Shown here piece by piece: positions 15,714 through 22,630 of a stretch of DNA of 24,000 bases. The translations under genes and the position numbers were made by a program. Below the pieces are notes generated by a model that saw only the letters and a list, made by a program, of their open reading frames with translations, searched no databases and was not told the DNA's origin. Each line of letters opens with the position of its first letter. The stretch's first letter is position 1. Origin of the DNA: Streptomyces phage Limpid; sequence record MN369754.1. One strand, 5' to 3'.

Positions 15714-15920
15714 ATGAATACTAACCGTGAATTTTGTGAAAACTGCCGACACCCTCTCGTTCCTTCAGAAGGAAAGTGGGACAATGTGGATTATCCGGAT
15801 TGGGCGTGTGATGGAGTTCTGACTTTCGAGCCGGACCCGTTTGCACAAGAAATTCATGATGACCACAGTAACTACTGGAATTGTGATGGAGGGAGATACG
15901 AGTCGGCGATGGACATTTGA
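15714..15920 (+). CDS. hypothetical protein MNTNREFCENCRHPLVPSEG...
   Basis: Frame of track ORF 15636..15920; internal ATG15714; CxxC motif; SD weak. Confidence 0.6.
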   Translation: MNTNREFCENCRHPLVPSEGKWDNVDYPDWACDGVLTFEPDPFAQEIHDDHSNYWNCDGGRYESAMDI

Positions 15921-15942
15921 ATATCGGGCCTTCGGGCCACAT

Positions 15943-16017
15943 GCCCCGGTAGATTCTGCTGGTAGAATCGTAAGACTTTCAATCTTGAGTTCGCGGGTTC
16001 GATTCCCGTCCGGGGTA
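15943..16017 (+). tRNA. tRNA-Glu(TTC)
   Basis: Acceptor GCCCCGG/CCGGGGT; anticodon loop CTTTCAA; T-arm with TTCGATT. Confidence 0.92.
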
Positions 16018-16023
16018 CAATGA

Positions 16024-16145
16024 ATAGCTAATGTTTCTGATTTCGAATAGGGAATTGCAGCTATGCAGGAGGCCCAAGATACTAGTTAGGGTAACAGATG
16101 TTGCATGACGGCTTCGGACATCTTTAAACAATCAGGAAACCGTCA
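16024..16145 (+). ncRNA. structured RNA segment upstream of tRNA-Gly(GCC)
   Basis: ATAGCT/AGCTAT; interleaved AGATGT/ACATCT and TGACGG/CCGTCA forming an H-type pseudoknot topology. Confidence 0.45.
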
Positions 16146-16148
16146 CCA

Positions 16149-16219
16149 TCCGGCGTAGTAAAATGGTATTACATCTGCTTGCCAAGCAGAAAGCGCGAGT
16201 TCGATTCTCGTCGCCGGGA
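16149..16219 (+). tRNA. tRNA-Gly(GCC)
   Basis: Acceptor TCCGGCG/CGCCGGG; anticodon loop TTGCCAA; T-arm GCGAG-TTCGATT-CTCGT. Confidence 0.92.
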
Positions 16220-16224
16220 CTTCT

Positions 16225-16252
16225 GGGGCTTACATAAAGTAAGCCCCTTTTT
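16225..16252 (+). terminator. rho-independent terminator of tRNA cluster
   Basis: GGGGCTTAC-ATAAA-GTAAGCCCC-TTTTT. Confidence 0.92.
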
Positions 16253-16264
16253 CATTGGAGTGAT

Positions 16265-16465
16265 ATGAACTTCGTTACTCTTTGGAAGGATAAAGACGAA
16301 TCAACTGGCATCACCCTGCACTATGCAGGAGACGCTACAGTTCTGGAAAGCTCTATTCTTCCAATTAAGGCTCACTATTTTGAAACTAATAGTGAAGCAA
16401 AGGAATTTATCATCAAGCAGGCTTACGCCTTGCTTTCTCTTGGATATGAGGTCCATTCAGAATGA
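16265..16465 (+). CDS. hypothetical protein
   Basis: ORF after TTGGAGTGAT. Confidence 0.75.
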   Translation: MNFVTLWKDKDESTGITLHYAGDATVLESSILPIKAHYFETNSEAKEFIIKQAYALLSLGYEVHSE

Positions 16466-16986
16466 TTCAGCTCAATTCTCGTGTGAAGATTAACGAGACC
16501 TATTCCGGCGGGATTCCTGATGTCATCGGCAAGGTTGGCAAGGTTCAGCATGTTGCCGGAAACGTTTTCCAGCTCACTGTGACTGGAAAGGTGGAGAGTC
16601 AGTATTACCGTGGTCACTTCTATGACTACAACGTTCTCGCCACCCTCTCAGAAATTGATGAGGTCCCGTACAACTTCAAGGACATGGAAGGCAACCTGGT
16701 TGAACTTGGTGATACTGTTGTGTACGGTAGCAACAAGGGTGACATGACCAAGGGCAAGGTTGTTGACATCAAGGACTTGACTCGTGTACGATGGGGAGTC
16801 GATAAGAAGGAGACCAAGTTCCAGCTTGAGTACGAGGTTGATGAAAACCTGTATGATGGTGTTGAGCGTAGAGTTGCCAAGATTATCACCCGCCGAAAGT
16901 GGCTGAGTGAGGGTCATCGCACGCTTATTGTTCAGAAGGGACTCTCCAGTTATTTCCCTGGGGAGCTGATTATTCAAGATGCCTGA
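16462..16986 (+). CDS. hypothetical protein, repeated SH3/KOW-like segments
   Basis: ATGA overlap; IGKVGKVQHVAGNVFQLTV and LGDTVVYGSNKGDMTKGKVVDI. Confidence 0.8.
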   Translation: MIQLNSRVKINETYSGGIPDVIGKVGKVQHVAGNVFQLTVTGKVESQYYRGHFYDYNVLATLSEIDEVPYNFKDMEGNLVELGDTVVYGSNKGDMTKGKVVDIKDLTRVRWGVDKKETKFQLEYEVDENLYDGVERRVAKIITRRKWLSEGHRTLIVQKGLSSYFPGELIIQDA

Positions 16987-17173
16987 CAGACAGAAGAAGC
17001 CAAAGCCGATGGGTAATGGAAACTACACAATTTGCAGGAAGTGCCACGGCTTTGGTACAATCGTAGAAACGAAGCACTACCGAGGCAAGGTTCTTGCCAA
17101 CAAGAACAACGAAGTTGACCTCTTCATCAGATGTCCAAAGTGTCTTGGTGGAGGCTGGACAGTCGCCAAGTAG
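16979..17173 (+). CDS. small zinc-binding protein, DnaJ-type CxxCxGxG-like
   Basis: CRKCHGFGT and CPKCLGGG. Confidence 0.75.
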   Translation: MPDRQKKPKPMGNGNYTICRKCHGFGTIVETKHYRGKVLANKNNEVDLFIRCPKCLGGGWTVAK

Positions 17174-17184
17174 TGTGCTATGAT
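17156..17184 (+). promoter_or_regulatory. sigma-A-like promoter for structured RNA and tRNA-Gly(TCC)
   Basis: TGGACA, 17 nt, TATGAT. Confidence 0.6.
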
Positions 17185-17185
17185 G

Positions 17186-17287
17186 GATACATCGGGTCGG
17201 AGATAAACGGTTATCATGGATGAAATTGACTAACACTCGATTGGGTTTCGATACCCGCTCCGTTTGTCACACCACATCCGATGTATC
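17186..17287 (+). ncRNA. structured RNA segment with 10-bp closing helix upstream of tRNA-Gly(TCC)
   Basis: GATACATCGG/CCGATGTATC perfect 10 bp; inside, AAACGG/CCGTTT, CGGAG/CTCCG, GATAA/TTATC and GGGT-TTCGAT-ACCC. Confidence 0.5.
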
Positions 17288-17291
17288 TAAT

Positions 17292-17362
17292 GCGAGTGTG
17301 GTTTAATGGTAGAACAACAGACTTCCACTCTGTTAGTCGGGGTTCGATTCCCCGTACTCGCT
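17292..17362 (+). tRNA. tRNA-Gly(TCC)
   Basis: Acceptor GCGAGTG/TACTCGC; anticodon stem ACAGA/TCTGT, loop CTTCCAC; T-arm GGGG-TTCGATT-CCCC. Confidence 0.93.
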
Positions 17363-17374
17363 CGAAACGAATGT

Positions 17375-17398
17375 CCCCGCTGGTAAAAACTAGCGGGG
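17375..17398 (+). terminator. terminator-like hairpin
   Basis: CCCCGCTGG-TAAAAA-CTAGCGGGG then CTTCGTTGTTT. Confidence 0.6.
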
Positions 17399-17427
17399 CT
17401 TCGTTGTTTCTATGGTAAGATGGAGTC

Positions 17428-17625
17428 ATGGAAGAGATTGTTTCGTACAGCTTTGCTGTAGATATTTACAAGACGGAGTCTGGGACGTATGCTTACGGAG
17501 TGTTCCAAGAGCTAGAGTCTGAGACTGAAGATGACCTACAGTTGCTAGAAACTGGCGAGGCTGATACACTAGCTGAAGCTGCTGACATGGCAAGCAAGAG
17601 TATCAGAACGTTGTTTTCTGTGTGA
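17428..17625 (+). CDS. hypothetical protein
   Basis: ORF track. Confidence 0.7.
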   Translation: MEEIVSYSFAVDIYKTESGTYAYGVFQELESETEDDLQLLETGEADTLAEAADMASKSIRTLFSV

Positions 17626-17651
17626 CTTCTGACCCTTTCGTAAAGGGTCTT

Positions 17652-17724
17652 TCCCCTGTGGTCTAATTGGCAGTGACGCCGGGTTTTGGTCCCGGAAGTT
17701 CGAGTTCGAGTCTCGCCGGGGGAG
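17652..17724 (+). tRNA. tRNA-Gln(TTG)
   Basis: Acceptor TCCCCTG/CGGGGGA, discriminator G; anticodon stem CCGGG/CCCGG, loop TTTTGGT; T-loop TTCGAGT; preceded by GACCCTTT-CGT-AAAGGGTC hairpin. Confidence 0.9.
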
Positions 17725-17758
17725 CGCTCATATTGATGGTTACTATCTTGGAGTTTCA

Positions 17759-17989
17759 ATGCCTGAATGGATGATTGGACCGATTGTTGTTTACATCATC
17801 GGCGCACTTCTCATGATGTTCTGGTGCATCCAAGAACTGAGTTATACTATTGGTGATAACTTTATCATCGAAAAGTATGGCTCATATCGTGGAAGTACGA
17901 TTATCACACTGATGGTTGCAGGTATGATGATTTTCTGGCTGCCCTTCATTATCGTAAGATATGCTTGGGGAATGATTAAGGGCCAGTAA
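17759..17989 (+). CDS. small membrane protein, 2 TM
   Basis: Hydrophobic segments IGPIVVYIIGALLMMFWC and IITLMVAGMMIFWLPFIIV. Confidence 0.75.
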   Translation: MPEWMIGPIVVYIIGALLMMFWCIQELSYTIGDNFIIEKYGSYRGSTIITLMVAGMMIFWLPFIIVRYAWGMIKGQ

Positions 17990-17995
17990 CCATCT

Positions 17996-18015
17996 GGGGC
18001 ATACGCCCCAAGCTT
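17996..18015 (+). promoter_or_regulatory. hairpin-AAGCTT module
   Basis: GGGGC-ATAC-GCCCC then AAGCTT. Confidence 0.85.
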
Positions 18016-18035
18016 TGTCTAAAAAGGAGAATAAA

Positions 18036-18545
18036 ATGTTTGACTGGATTCCGTTCGATTCTGTCCTGTTCTGGATTTGGCTTGCGGGATTCATCCTGCT
18101 TTCGCCAATTGTCTTCTTCGCTTGGATGCTCAATTCAGCATTCCTCGGAGATTCCACGGACAGTTGGTATCGGACCTACATGTTTGTCTGGTTTACTTTC
18201 CTGGGATTTGTGATGACTTGGCTCTGGCCTATCGGTCTTCCTCTGTTCCTGGTATTTGAGGCAAACAGTAAGCGTAAGTCTCGTAAGTGGGACAGGATTT
18301 ACAAGTACAAGAAGGCTACCGTCCCGCATTACTGGGAAGAGGCTTACATCAGGAATTCCAAGGTGCTTGATGGTGCCAAGGTTCGGATTCTTGACTGGGA
18401 AATTGAGCCCGGAATGACCCGTGTTTCTTCTTGGGATGGTAAGTTGATTACAAGGACTCACTTTCTTAAGCATGTGAAGCAGGCGGTTCTTCTTTGGCCT
18501 ACTAAGGACCTTGAGCTTATTCCTGAAAAGGTTAAGAAGGTTTAG
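18036..18545 (+). CDS. membrane protein, 2 TM
   Basis: ATG18036 after AAAGGAGAATAAA; hydrophobic N-terminal half. Confidence 0.8.
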   Translation: MFDWIPFDSVLFWIWLAGFILLSPIVFFAWMLNSAFLGDSTDSWYRTYMFVWFTFLGFVMTWLWPIGLPLFLVFEANSKRKSRKWDRIYKYKKATVPHYWEEAYIRNSKVLDGAKVRILDWEIEPGMTRVSSWDGKLITRTHFLKHVKQAVLLWPTKDLELIPEKVKKV

Positions 18546-18551
18546 TAGAGT

Positions 18552-18571
18552 GGCCCTTCGGGGCCAAGCTT
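18552..18571 (+). promoter_or_regulatory. hairpin-AAGCTT module
   Basis: GGCCC-TTCG-GGGCC then AAGCTT. Confidence 0.85.
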
Positions 18572-18593
18572 TCAACTACATAGAGGAGATAGA

Positions 18594-18902
18594 ATGAAGG
18601 TCCTGATTGTACTTGCTCTTCTTGCGGCCTTCCTGTATCTTAGGGAGCGTAACCGTGGCATTAGGGCAGCACGAAAGTCTCGTGAGCGCCTTGAAGCCCT
18701 GAAGAAGGGTGAGAATTACGGCCGGTGGTTTACCATCGCTAGCTCACTTGACGAAGAACGTACCTACTATGGTAAGGTAATCAGGTGGGATGTTCCAGAA
18801 GACCCCCGAAATGTTGCTGAGCTTTATTGTGTAGAGGGTTCTAATCCTGATGGATGGACACCATCCTTCCTGTGGTATAAGGATGACCTAATTCTTCAGT
18901 AG
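18594..18902 (+). CDS. hypothetical protein with N-terminal hydrophobic segment
   Basis: AGGAG upstream. Confidence 0.75.
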   Translation: MKVLIVLALLAAFLYLRERNRGIRAARKSRERLEALKKGENYGRWFTIASSLDEERTYYGKVIRWDVPEDPRNVAELYCVEGSNPDGWTPSFLWYKDDLILQ

Positions 18903-18908
18903 CATTTC

Positions 18909-18929
18909 TGCCCGGATTACGGGCAAGCT
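18909..18929 (+). promoter_or_regulatory. hairpin-AAGCT module
   Basis: TGCCCG-GATTA-CGGGCA then AAGCT (shared A). Confidence 0.65.
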
Positions 18930-18963
18930 AGCATTAACAACTGCCAATAGTTAGGTTAAGATA

Positions 18964-19164
18964 ATGATTGCATTGCTTATGACCATCTACCTCATTGGTG
19001 CCATTGTAATGGGAGCGTATGTTCTCTTTGCAGCTATGATGGGTGCGATGTTTGGTACGCTTCCTGTTTCAGACCTTTTGAAGGTGCTCTTTGTCGCTGC
19101 CATTTGGCCCGTTGCGGTTATTTGGGGAGTTGGCAATGTGCTCTATCAGAAGGTAAGGAACTAA
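18964..19164 (+). CDS. small membrane protein
   Basis: Hydrophobic segments; ORF track. Confidence 0.75.
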   Translation: MIALLMTIYLIGAIVMGAYVLFAAMMGAMFGTLPVSDLLKVLFVAAIWPVAVIWGVGNVLYQKVRN

Positions 19165-19758
19165 ATGGATTTCAAAGAACTACATGAGGCTATTCCTTAT
19201 GCAACTGGAGAAAAGCTCCATGTAATGGAAATGAAGCCTTATGCCAACATTACCCTGTCAATGCCGGGTCGTCATCAAAATGACACTGACCCAAAGGGCG
19301 GGGATTTTGTTGTAATGGTTGACAGCTCTTCTCTTGGATGGGTTAAGCATCAGTTCACTCATGGTGACCTATGGGATGACCTTGAAAAGAAGAAGGTCGC
19401 TGATAATGCCAGAGCGGAACTTCTCATGAAGGAGTATGCTAAGGTAGTCAGAGGAGCTGAGCCTAATTGGCAGCCGCTTCCCTCTGGACAGTCAGACCCT
19501 TGGGCTGCTACACTAGACCCAACAACGTTCCTTCATGCAGTACAGTGTTTGGCAGTAGCCGAACATCGCCGGTACTGGCCTCATGAGTGTCAGGGTGGTG
19601 GAAGGTACTTGCCAGCACGGTTCTCAATGGGTATCATTGAATGGTACTGGACAGCAGAAGACGCCAAGGCTTATCAGTATCGTGGTCGTCAAGGACTTGA
19701 GAATCTAATCAAGGAAAAGGGACGACCGACTCCGCTCAAGAAGTATGCCGAGAGCTAA
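19165..19758 (+). CDS. hypothetical protein
   Basis: ORF directly abutting upstream stop. Confidence 0.8.
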   Translation: MDFKELHEAIPYATGEKLHVMEMKPYANITLSMPGRHQNDTDPKGGDFVVMVDSSSLGWVKHQFTHGDLWDDLEKKKVADNARAELLMKEYAKVVRGAEPNWQPLPSGQSDPWAATLDPTTFLHAVQCLAVAEHRRYWPHECQGGGRYLPARFSMGIIEWYWTAEDAKAYQYRGRQGLENLIKEKGRPTPLKKYAES

Positions 19759-19773
19759 AAACTCTGGGCATTT

Positions 19774-19800
19774 GGACCCTTTCGTAAAGGGGTCCAAGCT
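19774..19800 (+). promoter_or_regulatory. hairpin-AAGCT module directly joined to start codon
   Basis: GGACC-CTTT-CGT-AAAG-(G)-GGTCC then AAGCT then ATG19801; AAAGGGG SD-like sequence is in the stem. Confidence 0.7.
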
Positions 19801-20067
19801 ATGGACAATCTAGATGAAATCGCAGAGGAACTTGAAAGACATTTCTTGGTCCACAATTATGAATGGAAGTTCGAATACGGACTTTCCAACCCCGATGCTG
19901 ACGACTTGAAGAAAGCCATTCAGAAGGCTGTAATTATTCTTGAAGCTCAGGAAGGTGACACCAATCTAGAGGTTGGTCATCTGCTCTTTACCAAGAGAGC
20001 AAATGTAATTGACATCTTCGTCCATACCGGAACAATTGGAGAAAATAGTGAAGACAGCAGTGTATGA
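19801..20067 (+). CDS. hypothetical protein
   Basis: ORF track. Confidence 0.75.
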   Translation: MDNLDEIAEELERHFLVHNYEWKFEYGLSNPDADDLKKAIQKAVIILEAQEGDTNLEVGHLLFTKRANVIDIFVHTGTIGENSEDSSV

Positions 20068-20530
20068 GTACACGCACCGGACCAACGTTGACAGCTCTCT
20101 TGCTGATGTGGTCTATTACAACGCCACGAATTACACGATGGCTATCCAGTTCAAGAACAACGGTTACAGCACCCCGAGCGTTTTCTACGGCAGCGTTCCT
20201 GAGGTTTTCTATGACCGACTGGTAAAGGCTGACAGTCTCGGCAAGACCTACAACATGTTCGTCAAGGACAAGTTGCCGAACCTTTCTGGTGGTACGGTTT
20301 ACGATGTCACCTACACTCTTGCGGGTGAGGCAGACAGTGAGCCTATCGTTGACCAGAAGGTTGCAACTCCTGAGACAATGCGGTATCGTGTAAAGGGTTA
20401 TGTCCGACACGTGGGAACGTTTGAGGCCGATAGTCTTGAGGAGGCACGGGAGTTCTTCCTTGACAGTCTGGTTGAAGACGGTTACGATGCTTCGGACCTA
20501 GCCGTTACGGAGGTATACATCGTTGAGTGA
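20048..20530 (+). CDS. hypothetical protein, GTG start
   Basis: GGAG upstream of GTG20048; overlaps upstream gene. Confidence 0.7.
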   Translation: MKTAVYEYTHRTNVDSSLADVVYYNATNYTMAIQFKNNGYSTPSVFYGSVPEVFYDRLVKADSLGKTYNMFVKDKLPNLSGGTVYDVTYTLAGEADSEPIVDQKVATPETMRYRVKGYVRHVGTFEADSLEEAREFFLDSLVEDGYDASDLAVTEVYIVE

Positions 20531-20834
20531 AGTTCGTAAGGCTCAGTCTTTGGCTGAGCTTACCGAAATCATCAATAGCAATGATTCGGTTGTTGTTGAT
20601 TTCAGCAAGTCTGAGGGTTGTGTTTATTGCAAGAGGCTTGCCCCGCACTTTGAGAAGGCTGCGGCAAAGTCAGATGTACCATTTGTTGAAGTTGACTTGC
20701 TAAATGTCACTGAGGCAATTGAAGCATTCGGAATTCAGTCAGTGCCAACAGTGCTACACTTCAAGACTGGGGAGCCTACTGCTACCCTTTCTGGCCGAAC
20801 ATCTGTTAAACTTCTTCAGGAGATTAGCGGCTGA
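20523..20834 (+). CDS. thioredoxin-like protein
   Basis: VVVDFSKSEGCVYCKRLAPHFEKAA and IQSVPTVLHFKTGE; active site CVYC. Confidence 0.9.
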   Translation: MSEVRKAQSLAELTEIINSNDSVVVDFSKSEGCVYCKRLAPHFEKAAAKSDVPFVEVDLLNVTEAIEAFGIQSVPTVLHFKTGEPTATLSGRTSVKLLQEISG

Positions 20835-20840
20835 TTTCGG

Positions 20841-20867
20841 GCGGGTTCGTAAAGGACCCGCAAGCTT
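20841..20867 (+). promoter_or_regulatory. hairpin-AAGCTT module
   Basis: GCGGGT-TCGTAAAGG-ACCCGC then AAGCTT. Confidence 0.75.
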
Positions 20868-20886
20868 TCTACAGATTGGAAATCTC

Positions 20887-21066
20887 ATGGTTGAGAGCTA
20901 CGACCTTGCCCTGGTAAAGGGTAAGTCCTTCTACGGTGACAGCTACGCTGAAGTTCTTCAGTCGGTCGCAGACTTTGCGAAGGAAATGGAAGCCTATACA
21001 ATTGTGTCCGTCAATATGGGATACAGCGATGGTCATGTCCTTGCTGACGTGACTTACGAAGGCTGA
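20887..21066 (+). CDS. hypothetical protein MVESYDLALVKGKSFYGDSY...
   Basis: Internal ATG of track ORF 20704..21066; upstream part is out-of-frame thioredoxin sequence. Confidence 0.65.
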   Translation: MVESYDLALVKGKSFYGDSYAEVLQSVADFAKEMEAYTIVSVNMGYSDGHVLADVTYEG

Positions 21067-21073
21067 TACAATG

Positions 21074-21102
21074 GGGCTAGGGAGAAATCCCTAGCCCTTT
21101 TT
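21074..21102 (+). terminator. strong rho-independent terminator
   Basis: GGGCTAGGGA-GAAA-TCCCTAGCCC-TTTTT. Confidence 0.95.
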
Positions 21103-21120
21103 GTATTGGAGGAAGCTTGA

Positions 21121-21360
21121 TTGATTGAAGAATGGGAAAACGAAGGAGGCTTTGTGTACACCACAAAGTACTATCTGAACGAAACTGATGACGACGACAA
21201 CTGGGTTGAAGTAACCAAGGAGGAATTCGTCAGGGCAGAACGGGCGGCGGGTTTTCATAATACAATGGGCCGACCGGATGAGCCTGCCACTGGAGGATTT
21301 AGTTCTAGCAGTTACCGCAAGCGTGGCAGGGTTCGCTACATCACGAAGGATGATGAGTAA
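21121..21360 (+). CDS. hypothetical protein (TTG start)
   Basis: TTGGAGG upstream; abuts NADAR gene. Confidence 0.65.
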   Translation: MIEEWENEGGFVYTTKYYLNETDDDDNWVEVTKEEFVRAERAAGFHNTMGRPDEPATGGFSSSSYRKRGRVRYITKDDE

Positions 21361-21855
21361 ATGCATGTGATTCCGAAATTTGATGGGGAGTGGTTCTTCC
21401 TCAGCAACTTTTACGAGGCCCCCACAGAATTTCTGATGGATGGTGAGAAGGTCATCATGCCTACAGGAGAGCACGCATTTCAGGCAGCAAAGTGTCACGC
21501 ACTGGTTGACATGACTCAGAAGAAGGAGTATGTTCGACGTGTTGCAGACGCTCCAACCCCAAGTAAGGCCAAGTATGAAGGTCGTTCTTGTCGCATCGCT
21601 ATTGACAAGTGGGACCACATCAAGGTTGACTGCATGAGAGAGGTTGTCTTCCAGAAATTTCTACAACACACAGATATCCGTGGAGAGCTTCTGGCTACTG
21701 GTGATGCGATGCTGGTAGAGGGAAATACCTGGGGCGATAAATTCTGGGGTAGAGTGGACGGCAAGGGCTATAATAAGCTCGGTGTCATTTTGATGGAGAC
21801 ACGTGGCTGGTGGCTTTGGCAGACCCGCCGCAATCAACCGGAGATGGGTTCGTGA
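21361..21855 (+). CDS. NADAR-domain protein (YbiA-like)
   Basis: FLSNFYEAP, GEHAFQAAKC, GNTWGDKFWG, NKLGVILMETR motifs. Confidence 0.93.
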   Translation: MHVIPKFDGEWFFLSNFYEAPTEFLMDGEKVIMPTGEHAFQAAKCHALVDMTQKKEYVRRVADAPTPSKAKYEGRSCRIAIDKWDHIKVDCMREVVFQKFLQHTDIRGELLATGDAMLVEGNTWGDKFWGRVDGKGYNKLGVILMETRGWWLWQTRRNQPEMGS

Positions 21856-21925
21856 AGACTTATCGTAAGGCTCAGGCTATTATCAAGGCGGGTCCTTGTG
21901 GTCATTAAAGTATATAAGGAGATAA

Positions 21926-22093
21926 ATGAGTGACCGACAGCCCAACTTTGCAGTTGGTGACAGAGTAATGAATGCCGGTTATGTTGGAGTAGTAAAGCGA
22001 GTTATCAAAACCGGCCCAAGCAAGTATAAGTATCGTGTTGAATTTCCTCACGATACCCTGACTCTCAGTGAAGGAAGTCTCAGGAGAGCATGA
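21926..22093 (+). CDS. small KOW-like protein MSDRQPNFAVGDRVMNAGYVGVVKRVIKTGPSKYKYRVEFPHDTLTLSEGSLRRA (55 aa); not in the ORF track
   Basis: Manual translation; AAGGAGATAA SD; ATGA overlap with next gene. Confidence 0.75.
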   Translation: MSDRQPNFAVGDRVMNAGYVGVVKRVIKTGPSKYKYRVEFPHDTLTLSEGSLRRA

Positions 22094-22272
22094 AGTACAG
22101 AGTAATTGTACAAACGGGACCGAGCAGCTTTGATACCTATACTGTTGTCCGTCACAGGTTGACAGAAGGCTGTCTCGTACTTACTATGGGTAGGCTTAAG
22201 TGTGGAGCCTGGGATGAGAAGGTAATTCCCATCCGGACCTTTATTCACGCATGGTCTGAAGACCTTGACTAA
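22090..22272 (+). CDS. hypothetical protein (60 aa)
   Basis: ATGA overlap; CAGGAG upstream. Confidence 0.75.
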   Translation: MKYRVIVQTGPSSFDTYTVVRHRLTEGCLVLTMGRLKCGAWDEKVIPIRTFIHAWSEDLD

Positions 22273-22283
22273 GTCGTTACCTA

Positions 22284-22311
22284 GGGAGGGGTTGACAACC
22301 TCTCCCAAGCT
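22284..22311 (+). promoter_or_regulatory. hairpin-AAGCT module with -35 in its apex
   Basis: GGGAGGGGTT-GAC-AACCTCTCCC then AAGCT(C). Confidence 0.7.
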
Positions 22312-22320
22312 CGTTAAACT
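22292..22320 (+). promoter_or_regulatory. sigma-A-like promoter
   Basis: TTGACA, 17 nt, TAAACT. Confidence 0.7.
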
Positions 22321-22378
22321 AGTAATTAAATACACTAATTATCGGCAAAGGGAAGAATAGAAAGAATAGATAATAATT

Positions 22379-22567
22379 ATGACTCTGTCGTTAACAATTA
22401 TCATGTCAATCATCGTTGTCCTTCTCATCGGCAAGTTTGACCTTAAGTGGTTCCATGCGCTACTCTGTGTTCTGTGTGGGCTTACTTTGGGTGGAACAGA
22501 AGTCGGACAGTTCCTTCTTGAAGGACTCGAAACGGTTGCCACAGCTCTTGCACAGGTGAAGTTCTAA
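22379..22567 (+). CDS. small membrane protein
   Basis: Hydrophobic segments; ORF track; no clear SD. Confidence 0.65.
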   Translation: MTLSLTIIMSIIVVLLIGKFDLKWFHALLCVLCGLTLGGTEVGQFLLEGLETVATALAQVKF

Positions 22568-22582
22568 AACCTGTGCATTATT

Positions 22583-22610
22583 GAGACCTTTCGTAAAGGG
22601 TCTCAAGCTT
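22583..22610 (+). promoter_or_regulatory. hairpin-AAGCTT module
   Basis: GAGACC-TTT-CGT-AAA-(G)-GGTCTC then AAGCTT. Confidence 0.8.
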
Positions 22611-22630
22611 CGTCTATATAAGGAGAGATA

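Noticed and set aside
21852-21908. 18-codon ORF VKTYRKAQAIIKAGPCGH after the NADAR gene
   Set aside because: Too short and without an independent signal; could be real but cannot be supported.
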